Of a DNA stretch of 64,000 nucleotides, positions 48,477 to 62,606 are shown one piece after another (within the stretch, counting starts at the first letter, position 1; every line of letters starts with the position of its first letter). Position numbers and translations under genes: made by a program. The notes under the pieces were generated by a model that searched no databases, had not been told where the DNA came from, and saw nothing but the letters and a program-made list of their open reading frames with translations. The DNA comes from Rhodospirillales bacterium (GTDB lineage Bacteria > Pseudomonadota > Alphaproteobacteria > Rhodospirillales > JASLLZ01): assembly GCA_030754885.1 (NCBI GenBank), contig JASLZL010000097.1, positions 20,097 to 84,096 of the forward strand. The letters are read 5' to 3'.

Positions 48477-50675
48477 TTGACCAAGTCGCCGTCAAAGTCC
48501 GCCCCTCTTCCCAGCAAAGCGGAGATTCTGTCCTTCATCGGGCAAAGTCCGCGCCAGGCAGGGCTGCGCGAGATCGCCCGCGCCTTCGGTCTTGGACGCG
48601 ACCAGAAGATGGCCCTCAAGGCCATGGTGCGAGAGCTGAAGACCGACGGACTGATCCCAGGCGGGCGCCGGCGCGGCAACACCGGTCCTCTGTTGCCCAG
48701 GGTCACCGTGGTCGAGATTACAGGCACGGATCTTGACGGTGAGGTTCTGGCCCGGCCTGTTTCGTGGGAGCGGGACGGCCCGCCCCCAGCCATCTTTATG
48801 GCGCCCGAAAAGAAAGGCCGCACGGCGCCGGGGTTGGGTGAGCGAATACTGGCGCGACTTACCCCGCGCGCCGGCGGGGTCTATGAAGGACGGACCATCC
48901 GCCGCCTTCCCGATGCGCCGTCGACGGTCCTTGGTGTGTTTGATGTGGTTGCTGGCGAGGGACGCCTCAGGCCCACTACGCGCGGCAAAAAGAGCGAATA
49001 CGTCATTGCCCGCGACGATGCCGGAAGCGCCAATCCCGGCGAATTGGTGCAGGCCGAGGTGCTGCCGGGCCGCAAGCTGGGGCTGCGCCGGGCGCGCGTC
49101 GTGGAGCGCCTGGGAAAGGGTGATCAGCCCCGCGCGGTCAGCCTGATCGCCATCCATGACCACGGCATTCCCTTGACCTTCGACTCCGCCGCCCTGGATC
49201 TGACGGCAGCGGCCGGTCCGGCAACCCTGGGCCAGCGCGAGGACCTTCGCGACCTGGCCCTGGTCACCATCGACGGCGCCGACGCACGCGACTTCGATGA
49301 CGCAGTCTGGGCCCGGCCCGACGACGGCGACGACAATCCGGGCGGCTGGCATCTGGTGATCGCCATCGCCGATGTCGCGTGGTACGTGCGGCCCAGCGAC
49401 GCCCTGGACCAGGTCGCTTTCGAGCGCGGCAACTCGGCCTATTTTCCAGACCGTGTCGTCCCCATGCTGCCCGAGGCCCTGTCCAACGGGTGGTGCTCAC
49501 TCAAGCCGGATGAGGACCGGCCCTGCCTTGCCGCGCATCTGTGGATTGACGCCGAGGGTCGGCTCAAGCGCCATCGCTTTTGCCGTGGCCTTATGCGCTC
49601 GGCGGCGCGCCTTACCTATGAGGAGGTGCAGGCAGCGGCGGACGGAAACCCCGACACGGCAACGGCGCCATTGGTGGAAGACGTTATCGCACCCCTTTAC
49701 GGCGCGTATGAGACTTTGGCCAAGGCCCGGCACGAGCGTGGCGTGCTTGAACTTGACCTGCCCGAACGGCGGATCGTTTTGGATGACGCCGGCGCGGTTC
49801 TGGCCATCAAGACGCAGGACCGCCTGGATAGCCACAAGCTGATTGAGGAGTTCATGATCGCGGCCAACGTCGCAGCCGCGGAGACCTTGGAGTCGGCCCG
49901 TACGCAGACCCTTTATCGGGTTCACGGCGAGCCATCGCGGGAAAAGTTGGAAGGTTTGCGAGCCGTCCTCTCGACCTTCGGGATGAAGCTGGATCGCGGC
50001 CAGGCCCTGCGGCCTGAACTGTTCAATCGCATCCTTGCCAAGGTGGCTGGAACGCCCCACGAACGGGTCGTTAACGAGGTCATCTTGCGGGCCCAAGTGC
50101 CGGCCCAGTATGCACCCGACAACATCGGCCACTTCGGCTTGGCCTTGGTCCGCTATTGTCATTTCACGTCGCCGATTCGGCGCTACGCCGATCTTGTTGT
50201 CCATCGGGCGCTGATCCGCACCGTTGGCCTTGGTGAGGGCGAGGCGGAGGGCGAGCCCCGGGATCTAACCCAGGCCGGCGAGCACCTCTCGATGACCGAG
50301 CGCCGCGCCGCCGCCGCTGAATGGGATACCGTCGACCGATTTACCGCGGCTTATCTTGCCGAGCGGGTAGGCCAGGTCTTCACCGGCCGGGTAACCGGCG
50401 TCACCCGGTTCGGTTTGTTCGTCACCCTCGATGAAACCGGCGGAGACGGGCTAATTCCCATGCGCGCTCTGCCCGACGATTTCTATGTCCATGACGCGGC
50501 GCACCACGAACTCAGGGGGCGCCGCGGCGGGCGGCGTTTCCGCTTGGGTGCCGACGTCAAGGTGCGTCTTGCCGAGGCCGACCCAGTGACCGGCGGCCTA
50601 ATCGTCCACCTTGTCGATAGCGCCACCGCTGCCCGGCCCCGACGCACAAAAAAGATGGCCCGGAAAGACAAATAG
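48477..50675 (+). CDS. rnr: Ribonuclease R
   Basis: RNB domain (VTIDGADARDFDDAV) and a C-terminal S1 domain (FTGRVTGVTRFGLFVTLDE) with a basic tail. TTG start. Confidence 0.9.
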   Translation: MTKSPSKSAPLPSKAEILSFIGQSPRQAGLREIARAFGLGRDQKMALKAMVRELKTDGLIPGGRRRGNTGPLLPRVTVVEITGTDLDGEVLARPVSWERDGPPPAIFMAPEKKGRTAPGLGERILARLTPRAGGVYEGRTIRRLPDAPSTVLGVFDVVAGEGRLRPTTRGKKSEYVIARDDAGSANPGELVQAEVLPGRKLGLRRARVVERLGKGDQPRAVSLIAIHDHGIPLTFDSAALDLTAAAGPATLGQREDLRDLALVTIDGADARDFDDAVWARPDDGDDNPGGWHLVIAIADVAWYVRPSDALDQVAFERGNSAYFPDRVVPMLPEALSNGWCSLKPDEDRPCLAAHLWIDAEGRLKRHRFCRGLMRSAARLTYEEVQAAADGNPDTATAPLVEDVIAPLYGAYETLAKARHERGVLELDLPERRIVLDDAGAVLAIKTQDRLDSHKLIEEFMIAANVAAAETLESARTQTLYRVHGEPSREKLEGLRAVLSTFGMKLDRGQALRPELFNRILAKVAGTPHERVVNEVILRAQVPAQYAPDNIGHFGLALVRYCHFTSPIRRYADLVVHRALIRTVGLGEGEAEGEPRDLTQAGEHLSMTERRAAAAEWDTVDRFTAAYLAERVGQVFTGRVTGVTRFGLFVTLDETGGDGLIPMRALPDDFYVHDAAHHELRGRRGGRRFRLGADVKVRLAEADPVTGGLIVHLVDSATAARPRRTKKMARKDK

Positions 50676-50710
50676 TGACGGGAGTCCGAAAAAAAGGGAC
50701 AATCGGCGTC

Positions 50711-52294
50711 ATGAACGTCTTTTACACCAATGGATTGCGCTCTTTTACGCTGGTGTTGGTCCTGGCCCTGGCGGCCTGCGCGCCGGCGCGCCAGATGCCG
50801 GACCGGGCGGCGGATGCATTCCCCAGGGAGACGGCGCGGGAAACCTTTGCCGCTGGGTACGGCAGCATCGTCGACAAGTACATTGATCCAATCTCTATCG
50901 GCACGGTGGCCTTCGAGGGCCTGCGCGGGTTGAGTGCCATTGACCCGGCGTTGATCGTGGTGCGAAACGAGGCCATGGTGGCATTGTTGGATTCCGATAA
51001 CGAGGTCGCTCGCTTCGCCGTGCCTAAGGACGACGATATCAAGGGATGGGTCTCGCTGACCACCGAGGTGTTGGCCGCCGGGCGTTCGGTGTCGCGGACT
51101 CTCAAGGCGGCCGACGTCGAGAATATCTATGAGGCGGTGTTCGACGGGGCGCTCTCGAGTCTCGACAAGTTTTCCCGCTATTCCGGCGCCGAGGATGCGA
51201 AGCGCAACCGGGCCCGGCGCGATGGCTTTGGCGGCATTGGCATCCGCTTTCGAGCCGAGGACGGGACGATCCGGGTCACCACGGTGATGAAGGACACGCC
51301 GGCGGCGAAGGTCGGCTTCAAAGCGAACGACCGCATCACCCACATTGACGGTTTTCCCACCGAAGCCATGAGCAAGGACGAAATCGTTGCCAAGTTACGA
51401 GGCCTGGTGAAGAGCCGCGTCGTCCTGACCATTCGCCGTGCCGGGGCGGCGCTTCCCCTGCGCTTCGAGGTGGTTCGCGCCCATATCGTACCCGATACGG
51501 TCGTCGCGCGGCGCAAAGACGGCGTTCTTCACCTCAGGGTAACCAGCTTCAATCAGAATACCGCCCGAAGCGCCGCCGATGCCTTGCGGATGGAGCGCCA
51601 GGGGCAGGGCGATCCATTGCGTGGCGTAATCTTGGATTTGCGCGGCAATCCTGGGGGTCTGTTGAAGCAGGCGGTTCGTCTGGTCGATCTATTTCTTTCC
51701 GAAGGCATGATCAGTTCGACCCGAGGTCGTCATCCCGACAGCATCCATCGCTATGAGGCGGGCGGCAGCGATTTGGCCCAGGGATTGCCCATGGTCGTCC
51801 TGGTCGACGGCAAATCCGCATCAGCCGCCGAGATCGTCGCCGCGGCGTTGCAAGACCGAGGGCGGGCCGTGGTGGTCGGCACAACATCCTACGGCAAGGG
51901 AACGGTTCAAACGGTCATACGGTTACCCAACGACGGCGAGTTAACGCTGACTTGGTCGCGTTTCATCGCGCCCTCGGGCTATGCCATACACGGTCTTGGC
52001 ATCTCGCCCGGCATCTGCACAAGTGGCGCCGCGGGCGATGGCGCGGATGAGCTAAAGACGGCATTGAGCGGGCGTATCGGGATTGTCGAGAGGCACGCCA
52101 ACTGGCGCAGCGTCGGACTATACGACGAGGAACGGCGCCGAGATCTGCGCGCCGTCTGTCCCGGACAGCGTCGAATGGGCGATACCGAGCTTTCCGTCGC
52201 GCGCCACCTGTTCGACGCGATTCCCTTGTACAGCCAGGCCTTGGATCTGTCTTCGTCCACAGCGATGGCGAGCACCGAACCTCCGAGCCCTTGA
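50711..52294 (+). CDS. S41 family C-terminal processing peptidase, probable lipoprotein
   Basis: Lipobox LALAAC, a PDZ domain, DLRGNPGG, the Ser nucleophile context GKSASAAE and Lys in SYGKGTVQ. Confidence 0.85.
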   Translation: MNVFYTNGLRSFTLVLVLALAACAPARQMPDRAADAFPRETARETFAAGYGSIVDKYIDPISIGTVAFEGLRGLSAIDPALIVVRNEAMVALLDSDNEVARFAVPKDDDIKGWVSLTTEVLAAGRSVSRTLKAADVENIYEAVFDGALSSLDKFSRYSGAEDAKRNRARRDGFGGIGIRFRAEDGTIRVTTVMKDTPAAKVGFKANDRITHIDGFPTEAMSKDEIVAKLRGLVKSRVVLTIRRAGAALPLRFEVVRAHIVPDTVVARRKDGVLHLRVTSFNQNTARSAADALRMERQGQGDPLRGVILDLRGNPGGLLKQAVRLVDLFLSEGMISSTRGRHPDSIHRYEAGGSDLAQGLPMVVLVDGKSASAAEIVAAALQDRGRAVVVGTTSYGKGTVQTVIRLPNDGELTLTWSRFIAPSGYAIHGLGISPGICTSGAAGDGADELKTALSGRIGIVERHANWRSVGLYDEERRRDLRAVCPGQRRMGDTELSVARHLFDAIPLYSQALDLSSSTAMASTEPPSP

Positions 52295-52306
52295 CCGGCC
52301 AAACCC

Positions 52307-52334
52307 TTGACAGGCGGGGCGCCGCCTGTATGGT
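52307..52334 (+). promoter_or_regulatory. Candidate sigma-70 promoter of rpmG
   Basis: TTGACA (52307-52312), a 16-nt spacer, then TATGGT (52329-52334). It lies about 45 nt upstream of the rpmG ATG. Confidence 0.35.
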
Positions 52335-52379
52335 GCCGGCCTCACGCGTCTAAGAACTCTTCAAACGGAAAGTGGGATC

Positions 52380-52547
52380 ATGGCCAAGCCCGCCACAATT
52401 CTCGTCAAGCTGGTCAGTAGTGCCGATACCGGGTTCTATTACGTGACCAAGAAGAACCCCCGCACGGTCACCGAGAAACTGGAATTCCGTAAGTACGATC
52501 CGGTCGTGCGCAAGCACGTGATGTTCAAGGAAGCGCGGATCAAATAA
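52380..52547 (+). CDS. rpmG: 50S ribosomal protein L33 (55 aa, below the ORF-track cutoff)
   Basis: Hand translation gives [55 protein letters not shown], an unmistakable L33 sequence. Confidence 0.9.
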   Translation: MAKPATILVKLVSSADTGFYYVTKKNPRTVTEKLEFRKYDPVVRKHVMFKEARIK

Positions 52548-52703
52548 CGCTCCGCTGGTTTCCTGGATCTGACCAGGTCAAATTCGACCTAAAGCTTAAA
52601 CACCGGCGGCGGCTATTCGGCGCGCTTCGCCGGAGCCAGTCGGATACCGAGCCACGCCCTCAGTCGGCCTTGACCCCGCAGGGGTAATAGGGGAGGCCAC
52701 GCC

Positions 52704-54062
52704 ATGAACCTCCATAGCATGCTTGCGGCGCGCGCCGAACAGGGGCGGCCGATCCGCGTCGGCCTTATCGGAGCGGGCAAGTTCGGTTCCATGTTCCTGG
52801 CCCAGGCAAGGCGCACGCCCGGTTTGCATCTACTGGCCGTCGCTGACCTCGACGTCCCAGCGGCGCACCGCGCGCTCGCAGCCACCGGCTGGCCCGAGGA
52901 ACGGACCGAGGCGGCCTCGTTCGACGCTGCCCTCAAGAGCGGCGGCACGTTCGTTGCCGACGAAGGACGGGCGCTCATCGCCGCCGACGGCATGGACGTG
53001 GTCATCGACGCCACCGGCGATCCGGCCGCCGGCATCCGCCATGTGCTCGACTGTTGCCGCTTCGGGCGCCACATCATCATGGTCAATGTGGAGGCCGATG
53101 CGCTGGCCGGTCCGCTTTTAGCGCGCCGCGCCGCCGAGGCGGGGATTGTCTATTCGCTGGCCTATGGCGACCAACCGGCGTTGATCTGCGAACAGGTGGA
53201 TTGGGCGCGGGCCTCGGGGTTCGATGTCGTGGCGGCCGGCAAGGGGACCCTCTATATGCCCCACTTCCACGTCTCGACGCCGGAAACCGTTTGGGATCAC
53301 TACGGGCTTGGCGCCGAGCGGGCACAGGCCAGCGGCCTCAACGCCAAGATGTTTAATTCATTCCTCGACGGCACCAAGTCGGCCATTGAGATGGCGGCGG
53401 TGGCCAATGCGACCGGTTTAACGCCGTCGCCCGATGGCCTTGCCTTCCCGCCATGCGCCACGAGTGATTTGGCGGGCACCTTGATTCCGCCGGCTGACGG
53501 CGGCTGTCTTCACCACAAGGGCCAGGTTGAGGTGATCTCGAGCCGCGACCGCCATGGGCGAGACATTGACGACGATCTGCGCTGGGGAGTCTATGTCGTC
53601 TTCGAGGCGCCGTCGGACTACGTCGAACGCTGCTTCGCCGATTACGGCCTGGTCACCGATGCTTCGGGCCGCTACACGGCACTTTGGCGCCCCTACCACC
53701 TGATCGGTCTCGAGCTTGGTATCAGCGTTGCCTACGCCGGCCTTATGGACCAGGCGACGGGATGCGCCACCGGCTTTCGCGCCGACGTGGCAGCCACCGC
53801 CAAACGTGACCTGGTGGCGGGTGAGGTCCTTGACGGCGAGGGCGGGGCCACGGTTTGGGGGCGCCTGATGCCGTCCGCCGCGTCCCTGAAGCGGGGCGCA
53901 CTGCCCATCGGCTTGGCCCACGGCATGGCGCTCAAGAACGATGTCGCAGAAGGCGCCACACTGTGTTGGTCTGACGTTGATGCTGATAACGATGACGAAA
54001 CAGCTCGTTTCCGCCGCGAGATGGAGACAAGCTTGGCGCCGACGATGGCCGGTGCGCCATGA
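52704..54062 (+). CDS. NAD(P)-binding oxidoreductase with a C-terminal SAF domain (COG4091-like, 'predicted homoserine dehydrogenase')
   Basis: Rossmann start IRVGLIGAGKFG. The C-terminus has the SAF-like KRDLVAGEVLDGEGG. Confidence 0.65.
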   Translation: MNLHSMLAARAEQGRPIRVGLIGAGKFGSMFLAQARRTPGLHLLAVADLDVPAAHRALAATGWPEERTEAASFDAALKSGGTFVADEGRALIAADGMDVVIDATGDPAAGIRHVLDCCRFGRHIIMVNVEADALAGPLLARRAAEAGIVYSLAYGDQPALICEQVDWARASGFDVVAAGKGTLYMPHFHVSTPETVWDHYGLGAERAQASGLNAKMFNSFLDGTKSAIEMAAVANATGLTPSPDGLAFPPCATSDLAGTLIPPADGGCLHHKGQVEVISSRDRHGRDIDDDLRWGVYVVFEAPSDYVERCFADYGLVTDASGRYTALWRPYHLIGLELGISVAYAGLMDQATGCATGFRADVAATAKRDLVAGEVLDGEGGATVWGRLMPSAASLKRGALPIGLAHGMALKNDVAEGATLCWSDVDADNDDETARFRREMETSLAPTMAGAP

Positions 54063-54805
54063 ACGGCGTCGTCCTGGTGACCGGCGCTAGCCGTGGTATC
54101 GGTGCAGCGGTGGCGCGCCTCGCCGGGAGCCGGGGTTACGCCGTCGGCGTCAACTATCGAAATGGGGCGGAAGAGGCCAAGGAGGTCGTCGCCGATATCC
54201 GCATGGCCGGATCGCAGGCAGTTGCCGTGGAGGCCGATGTCGCCCGCGAGACCGAGGTGGAACGCCTGTTTGCCGCCGTCGAGGCTGAGCTCGGCCCCCT
54301 TACCGCCCTGGTCGCCAACGCCGGCATCACAGGCGGTATGCGTCGCGTCGAAGACATCGATGAAGCACTTGTCGAGCAAGTGCTGGCGATTAACGTCACG
54401 GGCTGCATTCTCTGCGTCCGCGAGGCCGTACGCCGTTTTTCGACTAAACGCGGCGGCAAGGGCGGTGCCATCGTCACGGTCTCGTCCATAGCGTCGACCT
54501 TGGGTGCGGCGGGCGAATACGTCCACTACGCCGCGTCAAAAGGGGCGGTGGATAGTTTTACAATTGGCCTGGCGCGCGAGGTGGCGGGCGAGGGCATCCG
54601 GGTGAACGCGGTCAACCCGGGCCTCATCAAAACCGGCATCCACGCCGCCGCCGGCGCGCCCGATCGCGTCGATAGGCTGGCGGCGACGATTCCCATGGGG
54701 CGCGGCGGCGAAGCAATTGAGGTGGCCGAGACGGTGCTGTGGCTGTTGTCCGCCGCCGCTTCTTACGTTACCGGTGCCCTGGTCCCCGTCTGCGGCGGCC
54801 GCTGA
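54059..54805 (+). CDS. Short-chain dehydrogenase/reductase
   Basis: TGASRGIG, NAG and YAASK motifs. An ATGA overlap links it to the upstream gene. Confidence 0.9.
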   Translation: MNGVVLVTGASRGIGAAVARLAGSRGYAVGVNYRNGAEEAKEVVADIRMAGSQAVAVEADVARETEVERLFAAVEAELGPLTALVANAGITGGMRRVEDIDEALVEQVLAINVTGCILCVREAVRRFSTKRGGKGGAIVTVSSIASTLGAAGEYVHYAASKGAVDSFTIGLAREVAGEGIRVNAVNPGLIKTGIHAAAGAPDRVDRLAATIPMGRGGEAIEVAETVLWLLSAAASYVTGALVPVCGGR

Positions 54806-54813
54806 ATGCCTTC

Positions 54814-56268
54814 TTACTCGTAACCCGGTGGCGGCGCGAAGCCGCCCAGCGCCTTGGCCATCAGTTTGGCGAAGTGAATCGTGCCCAGGTCGCCAAGGTG
54901 AGGGCCGATGATCTGTATGCCGACGGGTAGCCGCGACGCGGTCAATCCGATCGGCGCCACCGTTGAAGGCAAATAGACGACGGAGGAGAGCCCGGCCCAG
55001 AATAGCTCGTTCACCTCCAACATCTCTTTGCCGTTAACTTCAATGGTACGGTCGCCCCGGATGCCTTTGTGGTTGTGGGGGAAGGCGTCCCGGGCGGCGG
55101 CGGGGCACAGAAGGACATCGAAGTCTTCGAAGAATTCGGCCCAACGCCAGCGCAAATGGGTGCGTTCCTCGTTTGCCGGCATCCAGTCGCGAAAGTATTG
55201 CGTCGAGGCGCGGGCGACTTCTGCGGCATAACTTTTATCGTCCGGTGGCAGGGTGGCGGCCTGGGCCTTTGCCTCGTTGAACGCCTCAATCGGTAGGCGC
55301 GCCGTGGTTACGGCGCGCAGTAATTGGATGTAGAGCTCGTGCGAGCGCGTCATGTCGATAGCGGGCCGCGCCTTATCGTCGATTTGGGCGCCAGCCTTGG
55401 CCAGGCCGTCAATGGTCGTCTGAAGGCGGTCGGCGAGATCTGAGTCTACATCGCAGTTTGGATCTTCCAGCATTACCGCAACTCGGTAATCGGCGAGACG
55501 CTTTTGCCGAGGCTTAGGCAGGCGCAGGGACCAGCCGGGAGCATCAAGCAGGTCGGGGCCGGCCATGACCGACAGGGCGAGGCGCAAATCGTCGGCGCTG
55601 CGAGCCAGGGGACCGACGACCGAGAGATCGCTGGCCGTGAGAATGCCCGGCAATGCCTGGCCGCGCGGCGGTACGATGCCGTAAGTGGGCTTGAGGCCAT
55701 AAACGCCACAGAAGTGCGCCGGATTGCGGATCGAGGCACCGATATCGCTGCCCGCTTCAAGGCCCGTCAGTCCCGCCGCCAGCGCCGCTGCCGAGCCGCC
55801 CGACGAGCCGCCTGGAACGCGCGTCACGTCCCACGGGTTGTTGGTGGTGCCGTAGATATCGTTGAAAGTCTGCCAATCGCCGAGTAGCAAGGGCACGTTG
55901 GTCTTGCCAAAAATAATGGCGCCGGCGTCGATCAGGCGATCGACAACGACGGCATTTTTCGCCGCAATGTTGTTGGCAAGATCGGGCTTACCCCAGGTCG
56001 TCGGCATGCCGATCACGTCGTAGGATTCCTTGACGGTCATGGGAAGCCCGTGCAGCGGACCCCACAATTCTCCCCTGGCCAGCGCTTGGTCGGCCTCATC
56101 GGCGCGCTGGCGCGCGCCCTCCAAATCGAAGGCGATGATGGCGTTGAGGGCCGGGTTGTGGCGATCAACCCGATCCAGGTAGTGCTCAAGAAGTGCACGA
56201 CAGCCGATTTGTCCGTTGCGGAGTTTCCTCACCAACTGGACAGCGGATTGGAAGGCAAGGTTCATCAC
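54814..56268 (-). CDS. Amidase-signature family amidase
   Basis: [15 protein letters not shown] together with a Lys/cis-Ser/Ser context. Confidence 0.9.
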   Translation of the reverse strand: MMNLAFQSAVQLVRKLRNGQIGCRALLEHYLDRVDRHNPALNAIIAFDLEGARQRADEADQALARGELWGPLHGLPMTVKESYDVIGMPTTWGKPDLANNIAAKNAVVVDRLIDAGAIIFGKTNVPLLLGDWQTFNDIYGTTNNPWDVTRVPGGSSGGSAAALAAGLTGLEAGSDIGASIRNPAHFCGVYGLKPTYGIVPPRGQALPGILTASDLSVVGPLARSADDLRLALSVMAGPDLLDAPGWSLRLPKPRQKRLADYRVAVMLEDPNCDVDSDLADRLQTTIDGLAKAGAQIDDKARPAIDMTRSHELYIQLLRAVTTARLPIEAFNEAKAQAATLPPDDKSYAAEVARASTQYFRDWMPANEERTHLRWRWAEFFEDFDVLLCPAAARDAFPHNHKGIRGDRTIEVNGKEMLEVNELFWAGLSSVVYLPSTVAPIGLTASRLPVGIQIIGPHLGDLGTIHFAKLMAKALGGFAPPPGYE

Positions 56269-56470
56269 GTTCGGTCTCCCTTATGGCTGGGCCAGTCCCG
56301 GCGGCTAGGCGATTATCCGGGCTTGCGGCCCGCCTGTGAAGACCGTTTCGCAACTGCCATCGGATTTTTTTGCGAGGGCCGAATTCGCTTTTTGCGACCA
56401 TGGCTTAGCGGCCCCCAAAAGATAGGTGTTCCCGGGCCTTTTCCTTGCCCTGGGCCAGGAAAAGCGGTAA

Positions 56471-57517
<1,047 letters not shown>

Positions 57518-57570
57518 CGAAAATAAATGCTGAGCCGCGGCTCTCAGGCGGGCGGAGAGGAATAAAGACG

Positions 57571-58740
57571 ATGAACATTCACGAATACCAGGCTAAGCAG
57601 TTGCTTAGCCGTTACGGTGTCGCCGTGCCTAAGGGCGCCGTCGCCTATACGGCGCCTGAGGCCGAGGCGGTGGCGGAGGACCTGGGCGGGCCGGCTTGGG
57701 TGGTTAAAGCACAAATTCACGCTGGCGGCCGGGGCAAAGGCGGTGGCGTCAAGGTGGTGAAGTCCGTCAAAGCGGTACGCACCGCGGCCGACAAAATGCT
57801 GGGCATGACCCTGGTCACCCACCAGACGGGTCCCGCGGGTAAAGAGGTTAAGCGCGTTTATATCGAGGACGGCTGCAAGATCGATCGCGAGCTTTATCTT
57901 AGCGTGTTGGTCGATCGTGCCTTGTCCGAGATCACCTTGATGGCCTCGACCGAGGGCGGCATGGATATCGAAGAGGTGGCCGCCAAGACGCCCTATAAGA
58001 TCCTCAAGGTTAATGTCGATCCGGCCGTCGGCATGCGGCCCTACCATGGCCGCAAGCTGGCCTTCGGTCTCGGCCTGGAGGGCAAACAGATCGGTGCCGC
58101 GGTAAAATTCTTTAATGCCGTCTACGAGGCCACCGTTGGGCTCGACGCCAGCCTCGTCGAGATCAACCCGCTGGTCGTCACCGCGGCCGGCGATCTGATC
58201 GCGCTAGACGCCAAAATGAACTTCGACGACAACGCACTATTCCGCCACAAGGACGTGGAGGAACTGCGCGATGAGGACGAAGAAGACGCGGCCGAACTGG
58301 AAGCGGCGCGCCACGACCTCAATTATATTAAGCTGGACGGCAGTATCGGCTGCATGGTCAACGGCGCCGGCTTGGCAATGGCGACCATGGATATCATCAA
58401 GCTGTGCGGCGGGGCGCCCGCCAACTTTCTCGACGTGGGCGGCGGTGCCACCAAGGAACGGGTGACGACGGCCTTTAAGCTCATTTTGTCTGATGCCAAC
58501 GTAGAAGGCATCTTGGTTAATATTTTTGGCGGCATCATGCGTTGCGATGTCATCGCCGAGGGCGTCGTCGCGGCGGCCCGCGAGGTCAGCCTCAACGTGC
58601 CCCTGGTGGTGCGGCTTGAGGGCACCAACGTGGACTTGGGCAAAAAGATACTTGCCCAATCGGGCCTGCCTATTGTCTCTGCCGATGATCTGGCCGACGC
58701 TGCCGATAAGGTGGTCCGGGCTGTAGAGGAGGCCCAGTGA
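57571..58740 (+). CDS. sucC: Succinate--CoA ligase subunit beta
   Basis: [13 protein letters not shown]-terminus with ATP-grasp and ligase-CoA domains. Confidence 0.95.
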   Translation: MNIHEYQAKQLLSRYGVAVPKGAVAYTAPEAEAVAEDLGGPAWVVKAQIHAGGRGKGGGVKVVKSVKAVRTAADKMLGMTLVTHQTGPAGKEVKRVYIEDGCKIDRELYLSVLVDRALSEITLMASTEGGMDIEEVAAKTPYKILKVNVDPAVGMRPYHGRKLAFGLGLEGKQIGAAVKFFNAVYEATVGLDASLVEINPLVVTAAGDLIALDAKMNFDDNALFRHKDVEELRDEDEEDAAELEAARHDLNYIKLDGSIGCMVNGAGLAMATMDIIKLCGGAPANFLDVGGGATKERVTTAFKLILSDANVEGILVNIFGGIMRCDVIAEGVVAAAREVSLNVPLVVRLEGTNVDLGKKILAQSGLPIVSADDLADAADKVVRAVEEAQ

Positions 58741-59615
58741 TGGCGGTTCTTGTCGATTCCGACACCAAGGTAATTTGCCAGGGCTTCACCGGCGCCCAGG
58801 GAACCTTTCATTCCGAACAGGCCATCGCCTACGGCACCAAGGTGGTTGGAGGCGTGACGCCCGGAAAGGGCGGCACGACGCATTTGGATCTGCCTGTTTT
58901 CGACACCGTCGCCGAGGCGGCCGCCGACACCGGGGCCAATGCCTCGGTGATCTATGTGCCGCCGCCCTTCGCGGCCGACGCCATCTTAGAGGCCATCGAC
59001 GCCGAGTTGCCGCTCGTGGTGTGCATCACCGAAGGCATCCCGGTCCACGACATGGTCTCCGTCAAGCGCGTCCTCAAAGGCTCGAAAACACGCCTCGTCG
59101 GTCCGAATTGCCCAGGCGTCATTACTCCGGACGCGTGCAAGATCGGCATTATGCCAGGGCACATCCACGTTCGAGGCTCGGTCGGGATCGTGTCGCGCTC
59201 GGGCACTCTGACCTATGAGGCGGTGGCCCAGACGACGACGGTCGGGCTGGGTCAATCGACCTGTATCGGCATTGGCGGCGATCCGGTGAACGGCACCAAC
59301 TTTGTTGATTGTTTGGAACTGTTTCTCGCCGACAAGGAAACCGAATCCATTGTTCTGATTGGAGAGATCGGCGGCGGTGCTGAGGAGGAGGCGGCCGAGC
59401 TTATCAAGTCATCAAAAACCAAGAAACCCGTCGTCGGTTTCATCGCCGGACTGACGGCGCCACCGGGCCGGCGCATGGGCCACGCGGGAGCCATCATATC
59501 GGGCGGAAAGGGTGGTGCGGGCGACAAGATCGAGGCCCTGCGCGGCGCCGGTATCCACGTTGCGGACTCGCCAGCGGCCATCGGAAGTACCATGTTAAGC
59601 GTGGTGAAAGGCTAA
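58740..59615 (+). CDS. sucD: Succinate--CoA ligase subunit alpha
   Basis: [14 protein letters not shown] and the catalytic His region GHAGAII. The start overlaps the sucC stop (TGATG). Confidence 0.95.
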   Translation: MAVLVDSDTKVICQGFTGAQGTFHSEQAIAYGTKVVGGVTPGKGGTTHLDLPVFDTVAEAAADTGANASVIYVPPPFAADAILEAIDAELPLVVCITEGIPVHDMVSVKRVLKGSKTRLVGPNCPGVITPDACKIGIMPGHIHVRGSVGIVSRSGTLTYEAVAQTTTVGLGQSTCIGIGGDPVNGTNFVDCLELFLADKETESIVLIGEIGGGAEEEAAELIKSSKTKKPVVGFIAGLTAPPGRRMGHAGAIISGGKGGAGDKIEALRGAGIHVADSPAAIGSTMLSVVKG

Positions 59616-59675
59616 AACGAACCCCGAAGGCAGCGGAGGAAGGGCGCCCCGACTTGCGGCACCCAGACCAGGACC

Positions 59676-62594
<2,919 letters not shown>

Positions 62595-62606
62595 GGAGAG
62601 GTCAGA

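Noticed and set aside
57520-57570. GAGCCGCGGCTC palindrome between mdh and sucC as a possible attenuator.
   Set aside because: It gives only a 4-bp stem once a loop is allowed, with no U-tract, so it is probably insignificant.
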